From contig AP038806.1 in assembly GCA_047150005.1 (NCBI GenBank), positions 2,976,001 through 3,040,000 on the forward strand: a stretch of 64,000 bases of DNA, in the 5' to 3' direction. This stretch comes from Nitrospira sp. GTDB taxonomy: Bacteria; Nitrospirota; Nitrospiria; Nitrospirales; Nitrospiraceae. A program made the position numbers and the translations under genes. This document shows, one piece after another, positions 41,657 to 53,780 of this stretch (position 1 is its first letter; each line of letters starts with the position of its first letter). The notes under the pieces are model-generated. The model did no database searches and was not told the origin of the DNA. It saw only the letters and a program-made list of their open reading frames with translations.

Positions 41657-42091
41657 ATGGCAAAAGCGAAAAAACAACCGGCAAAGAAGAAAATGAAAGC
41701 AAGCGGCAAAAGCGCGGCAAGAAAACCCGCGAAGAAATCGTCCGTGAAGACGCCCCCTGCCAAAGTCAAGCCGTCCGGCAAAAAGCCTGCACGGAAGGCG
41801 GTTCCCGCTCCCAAACCGGCAACGCCCCCCGCAAAGAAGCCGGTCAAGCCCGGCGTGGATGAGGAGATCAAAAAACCGGTGTCGTCGAAGCTGCCGCCGG
41901 CCGTAGAGCCAAAAGAACCGGAACTCGACGATGACGACATGGGCGACGACGAGTTGGAAATGGGCGGCGACGGCGAGATGGAAGAGGACATGGAAGAAGA
42001 CCTCACGCTCGACGATGACGAAGAGGACGTCGACTATCTCGAGAAGTCGGAAGACCTGTTGGACGATTCCGACGATTACCGCACCCATTGA
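41657..42091 (+). CDS. Low-complexity protein: Lys/Ala/Pro-rich N-half, Asp/Glu-rich C-half
   Basis: MAKAKKQPAKKK...PAKKPVK then ELDDDDMGDDELE...DDDEEDVD; GGAGGAG RBS. Confidence 0.75.
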   Translation: MAKAKKQPAKKKMKASGKSAARKPAKKSSVKTPPAKVKPSGKKPARKAVPAPKPATPPAKKPVKPGVDEEIKKPVSSKLPPAVEPKEPELDDDDMGDDELEMGGDGEMEEDMEEDLTLDDDEEDVDYLEKSEDLLDDSDDYRTH

Positions 42092-42211
42092 TTTGGTGCC
42101 GGATCATGTCGGCCTGAGCGATCACTTCGGGGTATCGCCGCATCCCGCTGTCCCTAATCTCCACCCGCCCGGTCTCCCCCTTCAGGCGGTCACCAGACGA
42201 GGATACGCGAG

Positions 42212-42670
42212 GTGAGTCATTTTCTGTTCATCGCAGCAGCCTTGCGCGAACGAACATCCCAGGAAAGCGCGGAGATCCAGCTTTCGAAAGGGGTCTGGGG
42301 CCTCTGCAGTTCGCTGATCCGGACGAACCTTCAAACCTATCTCGAGCCGCACTCTCGGGGGCTGGTTTACGCACTGAAGATCGGCTTATGCGCCGAGTTC
42401 AAGATCGTGCCGCCGGTGCGAGACTTCGCCGAACTGGACGACTTTCTCAAGGATGAGTTGCGGACGGAAGCGCGGTTCGGCTACGTGCGGATCGAAGAGA
42501 TTCGCCGGCGTGCCTTGCCTTCGACGGCGAGCCAGGCCGTCCTCCTGGAGGTGCTGCAGATTCCGGATCAGGCGGAACTGGCGCGCCGGCTCAGTCTCGG
42601 AATGCATCGCGTGACCCAATCGGAATTCGACGCGATCGCCGCGAAGCTGCCCGCAGGTCTCGGTGCGTAA
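42212..42670 (+). CDS. Hypothetical protein, possibly EVE/PUA-like
   Basis: GVWGL near the N-terminus and GMHRVTQSEFDAI at the C-terminus resemble EVE domains. Confidence 0.5.
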   Translation: MSHFLFIAAALRERTSQESAEIQLSKGVWGLCSSLIRTNLQTYLEPHSRGLVYALKIGLCAEFKIVPPVRDFAELDDFLKDELRTEARFGYVRIEEIRRRALPSTASQAVLLEVLQIPDQAELARRLSLGMHRVTQSEFDAIAAKLPAGLGA

Positions 42671-42705
42671 CGGCTCTCCGGCTCACCCATGGGTTTGGGG
42701 ATCGC

Positions 42706-42760
42706 CTAGCAGATTGTTGAAGAACGCGCCATTCCACAGGCTTTTTCAACAGCCTGCTAG
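42706..42760. repeat. Short CTAG-bounded palindromic element (MITE remnant)
   Basis: ctagcagattgttgaagaa...ttttcaacagcctgctag imperfect inverted repeat. Confidence 0.6.
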
Positions 42761-42971
42761 CCCACATTATTCATGAGCGCTTCTACTGCAACCGCCGACA
42801 CGCCGCTACGACAAGCCTGGCCGCGAGCTTCGCGCGGCCAGCGGGCAGGCTCGCCCCACGCGGCCTCAACGTACTGCACGAGTACGCCTCGGCTGCGCGG
42901 GACTCCGCGTGCCCGTCTCGCCTGGCGTCTCGGCGGTTTCGTCACGAACCGTCATGAATAATGTGGGCTAG
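42757..42971. mobile_element. MITE-like non-autonomous element
   Basis: Perfect 20-bp IR ctagcccacattattcatga/tcatgaataatgtgggctag including CTAG at both ends; no coding capacity. Confidence 0.75.
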
Positions 42972-43669
42972 AGATGGTTGCCGGTCATGAGGTGGTAGGC
43001 CTCATCCACCGTGCCGACTTCCTTCACGGCGATGTTGAGCCGGAGTGCCAATTCGTTGAGATTCCAGCCGGCATCGTGAATCTGTCCGCCTGGAATTAAC
43101 ACCGTGTGATACCCCTCCCGCTTTGCGGCGCGGATCTTGTCTGGAATCCCGCCGACAGCGCCGATCCGCCCGTCGCTCTCCAGCGTACCTGTGATGGCGA
43201 TGCCCCGCTGAACGCGATCTCCCTTGAAGAGGGCGATGAATCCGACGGCCATGGCTGCCCCGCCGCTCGGCCCGTCGTTCCCCACGGGCCGGTATGCTGC
43301 TCCCCGGACCGTCACCGTGCCCCCGTGCGAGAGACCGGGAGTCCGTTGGATCGCATGGGCGAATGCCTGCGCCATCGCTCCGAGTTGAGTCTCTCCGAAG
43401 CGTACGCCACCCATCACACATTGCAATTGCGGTGGGGTGGGCTCGCTCTTGCCGTCCCACGTCATGAGCAGCACTTCGAAAACGCCCTGGTCGCTGGTAT
43501 GGATTGCTCCCAGTACCGGCAGCTCGACCACGCGCTCGGCCGCGAACGAAAACGGAAGTGCGGTCAGCACGATGCCGAGGCAGGCTGTGAGCTGGATGCC
43601 GAGTCGGGAGACCGGAAACGGCAGGCTCGGGAATCCTGAGTCGTCCAGGAACATGCTCCAGCGTCCCAT
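42968..43669 (-). CDS. Stand-alone Lon-type (S16) protease domain protein
   Basis: DGPSGGAAM (Ser), TGTL, GAVGGIPDKIRAA (Lys); hydrophobic N-terminus; no AAA+ domain. Confidence 0.85.
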   Translation of the reverse strand: MGRWSMFLDDSGFPSLPFPVSRLGIQLTACLGIVLTALPFSFAAERVVELPVLGAIHTSDQGVFEVLLMTWDGKSEPTPPQLQCVMGGVRFGETQLGAMAQAFAHAIQRTPGLSHGGTVTVRGAAYRPVGNDGPSGGAAMAVGFIALFKGDRVQRGIAITGTLESDGRIGAVGGIPDKIRAAKREGYHTVLIPGGQIHDAGWNLNELALRLNIAVKEVGTVDEAYHLMTGNHL

Positions 43670-43756
43670 GCACGAAAGTGTAGCAATTTCTCGCTCGGAG
43701 TAAAGACAGAGGATCGTCGCCTTGCCTTGACCACGAGCATCTCGTATAAGGGCGGC

Positions 43757-44818
43757 ATGTTGGTGCGTACGTACATCGGTGTTCTGGCCGGCTGGCTGCT
43801 GTGGGCGGGTCTGCCGCTCTCCGTATCGGCGGCACCGTGCCGGATCGAGACAGACTCAGGCCGCGCCGCGTCCGCCTTGAAGAAGCGGCTGGGCGCCGAT
43901 TGTACCGAGCAAGACCGTGAACGGTACAAGATCCAAGCCGTCGAAGTGCTGGCCGCCATCAAACAGGGGAAATCGCTGGACCTCTCCGGGGTCGTGATCG
44001 AGGGCGATCTGCGCTTGGACGAACTCCATCTCGGGGCCCTTCCTCGCGAGAGTGAACGTCAGCCGATCGTTCCGGCAAGCGTCGCTCGGGTCATTTCCGG
44101 CTCTTTTTCCGTGACGCATTCGATCGTCCGCGGGTCGGTGCGGCATGGAGCGGAGCGTGATGCGCTGATCGTCAAGGGAGCCGTCGACCTGACCGGCACG
44201 CGATTCGAACAACCGGTCGACCTTTCTCACGCGGAGTTCCTGCAACCGGTGACGCTTTCGGGCGCCGTGTTTCTCCGGGAGAGCTACTTCGTCCGTGCCG
44301 GGTTTCTCCACGGCCTGACAGCCGATGGTACGGCCTTCGGTCCCCACAGCAGATTTCATCGCGCGCGATTTCACGATCGCGCGTCGTTCCGGAACGCGCG
44401 GTTCAACGGGCTCGCGGAGTTCCTGGAGGTCGAGTTCTATCCGGACGCCGACTTCTCCGGGGCAGGATTCGCATCCGGTACCGGGTTTTCCGGGGGTGTC
44501 TTTCACGGCGTCGCGGATTTTTCCGGCGCGAGCTTCGAACGCGGGGCGTTCTTCACCTTTACGCGATTCGAGGGAGAGGCCCGGTTCCGTCGCACGATCT
44601 TCCGCGCGACTGCGGATTTCGACGACGCCCGATTCGCCGCGCACGATGATTTCTCCGACGCGGTATTCGAACGAGACTCGAGATTTGGCAGAGTCACGCG
44701 ACGAGACCAGCCGCCGCCGGCATTGGAGGGTCAAGACGGGCCGATGCAGTACGTCGTGACCCTCGCGCTGCTCGTCCTGAGTGCCTTGTTGATCGCCTAT
44801 CTGGTCCGATCCCGCTGA
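43757..44818 (+). CDS. Pentapeptide-repeat protein with signal peptide and C-terminal TM
   Basis: Repeated A(D/S)F..A.F units; C-terminal VVTLALLVLSALLIAYLV. Confidence 0.85.
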   Translation: MLVRTYIGVLAGWLLWAGLPLSVSAAPCRIETDSGRAASALKKRLGADCTEQDRERYKIQAVEVLAAIKQGKSLDLSGVVIEGDLRLDELHLGALPRESERQPIVPASVARVISGSFSVTHSIVRGSVRHGAERDALIVKGAVDLTGTRFEQPVDLSHAEFLQPVTLSGAVFLRESYFVRAGFLHGLTADGTAFGPHSRFHRARFHDRASFRNARFNGLAEFLEVEFYPDADFSGAGFASGTGFSGGVFHGVADFSGASFERGAFFTFTRFEGEARFRRTIFRATADFDDARFAAHDDFSDAVFERDSRFGRVTRRDQPPPALEGQDGPMQYVVTLALLVLSALLIAYLVRSR

Positions 44819-44893
44819 GGGACGCCTCTCCATCGACCACAACTAATAGGCAGAGGCTTGCTCCGGACTCCCAAAGCTGGTATAAGGCGCCTT

Positions 44894-45688
44894 GTGGATA
44901 ACCAGCTCGACGGAGTCGGTCAGACCGAACTACCCTACCAAGTTCGCATCGAGAACTTCGAGGGACCGCTCGATCTTCTGCTGCATCTCATCAAGAAGAG
45001 CGAGATCAACATCTACGACATTCCGATCGCCCTGATCACCGGCCAATATCTCGACTACCTCGAAACGATGACCGAGTTGAACCTCTCGGTGGCGGGGGAG
45101 TTTTTGGTCATGGCGTCCACGCTGCTGCAGATCAAATCGAAAATGCTGCTTCCCGTCGATGAAGCGGCGGACGATGAGGAAGACGGACCGGACCCGCGTG
45201 AGGAACTCGTCCGTCGATTGCTCGAATACAAGACATACAAGGACGCCGCCCGCCAACTGGACTCTCAGGAGCGCATGTGGCGGGAAATCTATACCAGGGC
45301 GCCGGCGCCACGCGAAGAGGCGGCTGCGGACGAGGAGACGCTGGACGACGTGAGCCTGTTCGATCTGGTGGACGCACTGCAGGGAATTCTCAATCGGAAT
45401 CCCGGCAAGTCGCTCATGGAAATCATCCCCGACAACCTCACGGTTCGCGATCGCATGAACACGATTCTTGAAGCGCTGGAGGGACGAGAGTCGGTCAGTT
45501 TCGCCGCCCTGTTCGAGTCATCGTCGCATCGGCTGGTCGTCATCGTCACGTTTCTCGCGCTGTTGGAACTGATCCGATTGCGGACGGCCCGGGTGTTCCA
45601 GTCGGAAAATTTCGGGCCGATCCTGGTCTCGCGCAATTTTTCATTGGTGCCGGAACCGGCGGAACTGGACGATTCGGAATGGAGGTAA
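44894..45688 (+). CDS. scpA: Segregation and condensation protein A
   Basis: FEGPLDLLLHLI, EFLVMASTLLQIKSKMLLP, TFLALLEL. Confidence 0.95.
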   Translation: MDNQLDGVGQTELPYQVRIENFEGPLDLLLHLIKKSEINIYDIPIALITGQYLDYLETMTELNLSVAGEFLVMASTLLQIKSKMLLPVDEAADDEEDGPDPREELVRRLLEYKTYKDAARQLDSQERMWREIYTRAPAPREEAAADEETLDDVSLFDLVDALQGILNRNPGKSLMEIIPDNLTVRDRMNTILEALEGRESVSFAALFESSSHRLVVIVTFLALLELIRLRTARVFQSENFGPILVSRNFSLVPEPAELDDSEWR

Positions 45689-45690
45689 GC

Positions 45691-46527
45691 ATGAGTTCGA
45701 CCGAGCTGCAGGAGAGCGGGTGCGTGGATCAGGTGGAACCGGACTCTTCCGGGCAGACCGGTCAGAACTCGGACGATGCTGCCGGTGCGACGGGGCCGAG
45801 CGAGAGCGATGCAGCGGGGCAGATGGAACTCACCGCCATTCTCGAGGCCCTGCTGTTCGTGTCCGGCGAACCGCTTCCGCTCGCGCGACTGGCTTCGACC
45901 ATCGGAACCGTATCCAAAGCGGAAGTGCAACAGGCGCTCAACAACCTGCGGGAGCAGTTGGCGCACGACGGCCGGGGGATCCAACTGGTCCAGGTCGCCG
46001 GAGGCTACCGGCTCGCGACGAAAGCGGACTGTGCCCCCTGGCTCAAACGGTTGGAGAAAGCCAAAGCGGCGCAGCGGCTCTCGCGATCCGCGCTCGAATC
46101 GCTGGCGATCATCGCGTACAAGCAGCCGCTGGTCCGCGCGGAGGTCGAAGAGATCCGGGGGGTGGAAACCTCCGGGGTCATTCGGACGCTGCTGGAACGG
46201 AAGCTCGTTCGCATCGTCGGACGGAAGGAGGTGCCGGGCCGACCGATCATGTACGGCACCACCAAATATTTCCTGGAGCATTTCGGTTTGCAGGACCTCA
46301 GTCAGCTCCCGCCGCTTCGCGAATTCAAGGAGCTGGGTGAGGCGGAACAGGCGATGTTACCCATCGAAGAGGTCACGATAGTCGGCGAGCAGCAACCGGA
46401 AACGGTCGATGGGGCCGACTCTTCTTCCGCTTCCGCGGAGCCACCGTTTCAAGCTGAAGAAGGGGAGATGGCGTTGGTTGCCGGGAGTGACCCCGCTTTC
46501 GTTGGCGAATCGGTCGATCACGCATAG
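45691..46527 (+). CDS. scpB: Segregation and condensation protein B
   Basis: LEALLF, LSRSALESLAIIAYKQP, IRGV, PGRPIMYGTT..FL..FGL. Confidence 0.96.
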   Translation: MSSTELQESGCVDQVEPDSSGQTGQNSDDAAGATGPSESDAAGQMELTAILEALLFVSGEPLPLARLASTIGTVSKAEVQQALNNLREQLAHDGRGIQLVQVAGGYRLATKADCAPWLKRLEKAKAAQRLSRSALESLAIIAYKQPLVRAEVEEIRGVETSGVIRTLLERKLVRIVGRKEVPGRPIMYGTTKYFLEHFGLQDLSQLPPLREFKELGEAEQAMLPIEEVTIVGEQQPETVDGADSSSASAEPPFQAEEGEMALVAGSDPAFVGESVDHA

Positions 46528-46685
46528 CCGTCCGACGGACAGGAGATTGCAACGGGACCTGCGAGTAGGCATTCCTCGCCTTGACTCTCTTTCCGCGGCT
46601 TTGTTAGACTCCACAATCTTGTTCTAAGTTATTGAAAGAGGCTGGTTCTTCGCTTCATCGACGTCTGTCACACGAGGCAACATTT

Positions 46686-49652
46686 ATGATCAAAGCATGG
46701 CTCATTGGTGAGATGTTTCGGTTCGATCGCGCACCGCTGTCGGCGGAGGGAAACCCGGGCGAATGGGGTGCCGGTGATTCGATCGCCGAAGAAGAAGAGC
46801 TGCCTCCGGCGCCGGCCAATGTAGCGGCCAAGTGCGGAAACGGCCGTATCACGATTACATGGGATGCTGTGCCGGATGCCATGTACTACAACCTCTATTT
46901 TCAGACGACCAAAGGCGTCCAGATCAAGTTTTCGGAACTGACCAGGCCGATTGCAGGGGCGGCCGATTTCAAGGCCGTCATCGGCGTGAAGAAGGACAAG
47001 GGGACCTGTCTTGAAGGTGCGCAGTCACCGTTCGTGCACGACGACCTGGCCAACGGCACCTGCTACCATTACGTCGTGACCGTGGTGACGCCGAAGGGAG
47101 AAAGTCCCGAGTCGCAGGAGGTCATGGCGATCCCCTCGCCTTACCTGCTGGCCATGAATATCGGGTCGGAAGGGGTGGATGACGGAGAATTCAGCTCGCC
47201 CACCGGGATTGCGCTGGACAAAGAGGGCAACATCTACGTTGCTGATACCGATAACCACTCGATCCAGAAATTCGACAAATCCGGAAAGTTCCTCGCGCGC
47301 TGGGGCGGAGATCCGTCGTCCCAGGAGGGGAGTTTTTACTATCCGCGCGGTCTCGCGGTCGGCGCGAACGACACCCTGTATGTGTCCGACAGCGGCAATA
47401 ACCGGGTGCAGAAGTTCGATCTCGAAGGCAACGTCATGCAGGCCTGGGGCAAGTTCGGCTTCGCCTGGCGTGGTGCTGAGATGGGCGTCTTCGACGTGCC
47501 CTGGGGCGTGGCGACGGATCAGGAGGGCAACCTCTACGTGTCGGACACGAGCAATTCCAGAATTCAGAAGTTCAAGGCCGACGGATCGCCCTTGCTGAAA
47601 TGGGGACGGGACGGCAGCTTCGACGGAGCGTTCTTCTTCCCCCGCGGGGTTGCGGTCGATTTCGTCGGCAACATCTTCGTCGCCGACGAGAGCAACAACC
47701 GTATCCAGAAGTTCGATGCTCGGGGCAGCTTCCTGTCCAAGTGGGGCCGCGAGGGCTCCGGGCCGGGACAATTCAAGGCACCGTGGGGCGTCGCCTGTGA
47801 CGCGGTCGGCAACGTCTACGTCGTCGACACGGGGAACCATCGGATCCAAAAGTTCGACGGCAACGGGACGTTTTTGTGCGCGTGGGGTAACCGAGGGAAG
47901 ACGGAGGGGCAGCTGAATTTCCCCTATGGGATTGCCGTTGACAAGGAAGGGTGCGTCTACGTTGTCGACAGCGGGAACAACCGGGTGCTCAAGTATGTCC
48001 CGACCGAGGAGGAACTGAGCCGGGGCCACGAGGCCGCCGCCGCGCAGGAGCCGACCGAGGCTCCGGCGCCGCACAGTGTCGTGGTCAAGGCCGGTGACAC
48101 GGAGGTCTTCGTCAGCTGGATGGAGGTGCCGGGGGCCGTGTCCTACAACCTCTACTTCAATACCTCTCAAGGCTTGACCAAACAGACCGGCACGAAGATC
48201 GAAGGCGTGACCAATCCGTTCACCCACACGGGATTGACCAACGACACCCCGTACTTTTATGCGGTTGCGGCTGTCTTCGAGAGCGGAACGGAGAGCGAAT
48301 TGTCGGCCGAGGTCACCGCGATGCCGGTGCTCATCGACGTGACGGCCCCGCAGAACGCCTACGCCGTCATCAACCACGGCGCATTCATGACGAATTCGCC
48401 GGAAGTGGTGGTGACGATTTCTGCCAACGACGTCGACACGGGCGTCGGCGCGTATTTCATTTCCGAAGCCCCGCTGACCCCCATGGCGGGCACGCCCGGC
48501 TGGGTCGACGTCACGCCGGCGCTCAAGTTCGGTGCGACGATTCCCTTCATTCTCTCGTTGGGCGACGGTCCCAAGACGGTCTACGTCTGGTTCAAGGATA
48601 TCGGCGGCAACGTGTCCACGCCGGCTGCGGCCAGCATCCTGGTCAATACATCGGGCTACCTCTGTGTCGCCAAGTGGGGCCGGCCGGGCCGCGGCGCCTC
48701 GCTGCTCCACGGCGGCGAGTTCATGGCTCCGATGTACGGTCTGTCTGTGGACCAGCAAGGCTCCCTGTTCGTGGTCGACAACGGAAACAACCGCATTCAG
48801 AAATTCGACAACACCGGCAACTTCATCATCCTCTGGGGAAATTTCGGCGCGGCTAACGCGAATTTCCACAATCCCACCGGCATCGCCTGCGACGGCAAGG
48901 GCGATGTCTGGGCCGTGGACACCAACAATCATCGGGTGCAGAAGTTCGACGGCAAGCTCGGCGGCTACATCATGAAGTTCGGCTCTAGGGGGAACGGCGA
49001 AGGTCAGTTCAATTCGCCCTGGGGGATCGCGGTCGACCGGGTGCGAGGCTATGTCTATGTCGTGGACAGCGCCAACTTCCGCGTGCAGAAGTTCGATCTG
49101 GCGGGCGAGTTCGTCATGTCGTGGGGAAGCTTCGGCAACGGCGACGGCCAGTTCTACTTCCCGAGAGGCGTGGCGGTCGATCAGTCGGACGGCTCGGTCT
49201 ACGTGGTCGATATGGGCAACCACCGGGTGCAGAAGTTCGACACCAGCACCAACGTCCTGCCGCAATTGCTGACCAGGTGGGGGGGCAGCTCGGAGCCCGG
49301 TCATGCCAGCAGCCAGCTGGCCCAGGAAGCGGGACAGTTGCGTTCGCCGTGGGGCGTGGCCGTCGACGGAACAGGCGACGTGTACGTCACCGATACGGGC
49401 AACCATCGGGTGGAAAAGTTCGACAAGGAAGGCAATTTCATCACCCAGTGGGGCGGGTACGGCAACGGGGACGGGCAGTTCAATTTCCCGTACGGGATTG
49501 CGGTCGACGCGAAAGGCAGCGTGTTCGTGGTCGACAGCGGCAACACACGTGTGCAGCAGTTCATGCCCTCCGACGAAGGCAGCGAGCGGCTGCAGGAGGA
49601 ATCCGAGGCGGCGGCTGAAATTGCAAAGGCGCAGGGCGCCACGAGCGCCTAG
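46686..49652 (+). CDS. FN3 + NHL beta-propeller repeat protein
   Basis: Two blocks of about six G.F..P.GIAVD..GN.YV.D..N.RIQKFD repeats, each preceded by an FN3-like domain. Confidence 0.9.
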   Translation: MIKAWLIGEMFRFDRAPLSAEGNPGEWGAGDSIAEEEELPPAPANVAAKCGNGRITITWDAVPDAMYYNLYFQTTKGVQIKFSELTRPIAGAADFKAVIGVKKDKGTCLEGAQSPFVHDDLANGTCYHYVVTVVTPKGESPESQEVMAIPSPYLLAMNIGSEGVDDGEFSSPTGIALDKEGNIYVADTDNHSIQKFDKSGKFLARWGGDPSSQEGSFYYPRGLAVGANDTLYVSDSGNNRVQKFDLEGNVMQAWGKFGFAWRGAEMGVFDVPWGVATDQEGNLYVSDTSNSRIQKFKADGSPLLKWGRDGSFDGAFFFPRGVAVDFVGNIFVADESNNRIQKFDARGSFLSKWGREGSGPGQFKAPWGVACDAVGNVYVVDTGNHRIQKFDGNGTFLCAWGNRGKTEGQLNFPYGIAVDKEGCVYVVDSGNNRVLKYVPTEEELSRGHEAAAAQEPTEAPAPHSVVVKAGDTEVFVSWMEVPGAVSYNLYFNTSQGLTKQTGTKIEGVTNPFTHTGLTNDTPYFYAVAAVFESGTESELSAEVTAMPVLIDVTAPQNAYAVINHGAFMTNSPEVVVTISANDVDTGVGAYFISEAPLTPMAGTPGWVDVTPALKFGATIPFILSLGDGPKTVYVWFKDIGGNVSTPAAASILVNTSGYLCVAKWGRPGRGASLLHGGEFMAPMYGLSVDQQGSLFVVDNGNNRIQKFDNTGNFIILWGNFGAANANFHNPTGIACDGKGDVWAVDTNNHRVQKFDGKLGGYIMKFGSRGNGEGQFNSPWGIAVDRVRGYVYVVDSANFRVQKFDLAGEFVMSWGSFGNGDGQFYFPRGVAVDQSDGSVYVVDMGNHRVQKFDTSTNVLPQLLTRWGGSSEPGHASSQLAQEAGQLRSPWGVAVDGTGDVYVTDTGNHRVEKFDKEGNFITQWGGYGNGDGQFNFPYGIAVDAKGSVFVVDSGNTRVQQFMPSDEGSERLQEESEAAAEIAKAQGATSA

Positions 49653-49665
49653 GCCGAAACCATGA

Positions 49666-51153
<1,488 letters not shown>

Positions 51154-51250
51154 CCCCGCGTGAATCGTCCCTCGTGAAGCGTATCTCGCAATCAAGATTC
51201 AGCTTCCCTTACTAGACGACCGACGCTTCACGCTTCACGAATGATGCCCC

Positions 51251-52807
51251 ATGGAACATTGGCACAATAGGATCCTCGTCCTCGACTTCGGCTCGCAGTA
51301 TACCCAACTGATCGCGCGGCGTATTCGCGAGGCCGAGGTCTTCTCCCAAATTCTTCCCTGCACGGTGCCGCTCGCGACGATTCTCGCCTATCGCCCTCAG
51401 GGCATCGTGTTGTCCGGAGGGCCGTCGAGCGTCTATGAGAAAAAGGCGCCGACCGTCCCGAAAGAACTGTTCGACCAGGGCATCCCCATTCTCGGCATCT
51501 GTTACGGCATGCAGCTGGTGACGCACTTATCCGGCGGCGAAGTCGCCCGATCCAAGCACCGGGAGTTCGGCCGCGCCGAGCTGCACATCGATGACGCGAG
51601 CGGACTGTTTCGCGGCATCGGCGAGGGCGGGGCGACGACGGTCTGGATGTCCCACGGCGACCGCATCGAGCGAATGCCGCCCGGCTTCCGATCCATCGCC
51701 CATACGGACAATTCCCCCATTGCGGCGATGAAGCGGGAAGATGCCAAGCGTCGGATCTATTGCTTGCAGTTTCATCCCGAAGTCGCGCATACGCCCGAAG
51801 GGGCGAAACTCCTCCGCAACTTCGTCTACGACATCTGCGGCTGCAAGCCGACCTGGACGATGCGGTCCTACGCGGACAGTGCCGTGGAAGAGATCCGCCG
51901 GCAAGTCGGCAAGTCCCGCGTCATCTGCGCGTTGAGCGGCGGCGTCGATTCGTCGGTGGCGGCTGCTCTGACGCATCGGGCGATCGGCGATCAGTTGACC
52001 TGTATCTTCGTGGACAACGGAGTGCTGAGAACAGGTGAACGGGACCAAGTCCAGAAGACCTTTGCCTCGCAGTTGCACCTGGATCTTCGGATCCTCGATC
52101 GGACCGAGCAATTTCTGGCCGGTTTGAAGAACGTGACCGATCCCGAGAGAAAACGGAAGATCATCGGCCGGCTGTTCATCAAGAATTTCGAGGCGGAAGC
52201 CAAGAAACTGAAGGACATCAAATACCTGGTGCAGGGGACGCTCTACCCGGACGTGATCGAGAGCGTCAGCTTCAAGGGACCCTCGGCCACGATCAAGACC
52301 CACCACAACGTCGGCGGTCTGCCGGCCAGGATGAGACTCAAGTTGATCGAACCGTTGCGCGAGCTCTTCAAGGACGAAGTGCGGGTGCTGGGAAAAGAAC
52401 TGGGCCTGCCGGACGAGATTATCTGGCGGCAGCCGTTCCCCGGTCCCGGCCTCGCGATTCGGGTCCTTGGATCGGTCACGAAAGAGCGGTTGATGATTCT
52501 ACGGGCGGCGGAAACCATCGTCGATCAGGAAATCAGAGGCGCGGGGCTCTATCGCGAGATTTGGCAGGCGTTTGCCGTACTGCTGCCGATCCGCACGGTC
52601 GGCGTCATGGGCGATCAGCGGACCTACGAAAACGTCGTGGCGATTCGCGCGGTCACCAGTCTGGACGGGATGACGGCCGATTGGGCGAAAATTCCCAATG
52701 ATGTGTTGGGTCGGATGTCGAACCGCATCATCAATGAAGTGAAGGGCGTGAATCGGGTCGTGTACGACATCAGCTCGAAGCCGCCCAGCACCATAGAATG
52801 GGAGTAG
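51251..52807 (+). CDS. guaA: GMP synthase
   Basis: [39 protein letters not shown]. Confidence 0.99.
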   Translation: MEHWHNRILVLDFGSQYTQLIARRIREAEVFSQILPCTVPLATILAYRPQGIVLSGGPSSVYEKKAPTVPKELFDQGIPILGICYGMQLVTHLSGGEVARSKHREFGRAELHIDDASGLFRGIGEGGATTVWMSHGDRIERMPPGFRSIAHTDNSPIAAMKREDAKRRIYCLQFHPEVAHTPEGAKLLRNFVYDICGCKPTWTMRSYADSAVEEIRRQVGKSRVICALSGGVDSSVAAALTHRAIGDQLTCIFVDNGVLRTGERDQVQKTFASQLHLDLRILDRTEQFLAGLKNVTDPERKRKIIGRLFIKNFEAEAKKLKDIKYLVQGTLYPDVIESVSFKGPSATIKTHHNVGGLPARMRLKLIEPLRELFKDEVRVLGKELGLPDEIIWRQPFPGPGLAIRVLGSVTKERLMILRAAETIVDQEIRGAGLYREIWQAFAVLLPIRTVGVMGDQRTYENVVAIRAVTSLDGMTADWAKIPNDVLGRMSNRIINEVKGVNRVVYDISSKPPSTIEWE

Positions 52808-52903
52808 CGGTGCGTGAAGCGTCGCTCGTGAAGCGTGAAGCGCAATCGGCTTCGATCCTGCGAACGACGAGATACGAGATACGCTTCACGGAGAAGTAAT
52901 AAA

Positions 52904-53740
52904 ATGGAAGTTCGTCTTCAAAAATTGATTGCCGGAACAGGTCTCGCGTCCCGCAGGAAGGCGGAGACGCTGATTTCGGCCGGCCGGGTGACCGTCAACG
53001 GCGAGGTCGTCACGGAGCTCGGCACGAAAGTTGATCCCGGCCGCGACCACGTCAAGGTGGACGGCAAGCATCTCAGCGCGGCGCAACCGTTCGTCTATCT
53101 CATGCTGCACAAGCCCAAGAACGTCATGTCCACCCTGGACGATCCGGGCGGCCGGACGACGGTGAAGGATTACCTGCATGGAGTCTCGGTTCGGGTGTTT
53201 CCGGTCGGACGTTTGGATTTCGACAGCGAAGGGTTGATGCTGCTGACGAACCACGGCGATCTCGCCCAAGCGTTGTTGCACCCCCGTTACCACGTGCCCA
53301 AGACCTATCTCATCAAGGTAAAGGGCGTGGCGACGGATGAAGAGATCAGCCAGTTGGAGCGAGGCGTGAAGCTCGAGGACGGCATGACCGGTCCGGCGAC
53401 GGTCAAAAAGATCAAAAAAGCCGAGCAGAATTCCTGGCTGGAGATCACCATCCGGGAAGGACGCAAGCACCAAGTGAGACGAATGTTGGAGGCCGTGGGT
53501 CATCCGGTGATCAAGCTCGTGCGCGTGAAAATGGGACCTCTGACGCTCGGCGATCTCGCTCCGGGCGAGTTTCGGTTCCTGACCGACCGTGAAGCGAACG
53601 CGCTGCGCGAGCTCATCGAACGTCGCGCGACGTCGGCAGAAGGGCCGGCGCCTGTTGCGCCGCGCCGGCAGAGGCCGGCCAAACGTGAAGGATGGGCCCG
53701 TCCGAGCAGAGCGAAGAAGAGTCGCGGCCGGGCCGCGTGA
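52904..53740 (+). CDS. rluB: S4-domain rRNA pseudouridine synthase (RluB/RsuA family)
   Basis: [34 protein letters not shown]. Confidence 0.85.
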   Translation: MEVRLQKLIAGTGLASRRKAETLISAGRVTVNGEVVTELGTKVDPGRDHVKVDGKHLSAAQPFVYLMLHKPKNVMSTLDDPGGRTTVKDYLHGVSVRVFPVGRLDFDSEGLMLLTNHGDLAQALLHPRYHVPKTYLIKVKGVATDEEISQLERGVKLEDGMTGPATVKKIKKAEQNSWLEITIREGRKHQVRRMLEAVGHPVIKLVRVKMGPLTLGDLAPGEFRFLTDREANALRELIERRATSAEGPAPVAPRRQRPAKREGWARPSRAKKSRGRAA

Positions 53741-53780
53741 TCGAGCTTTTTCATCGTGCGATGAGGAAGGCGAGAGTGGC

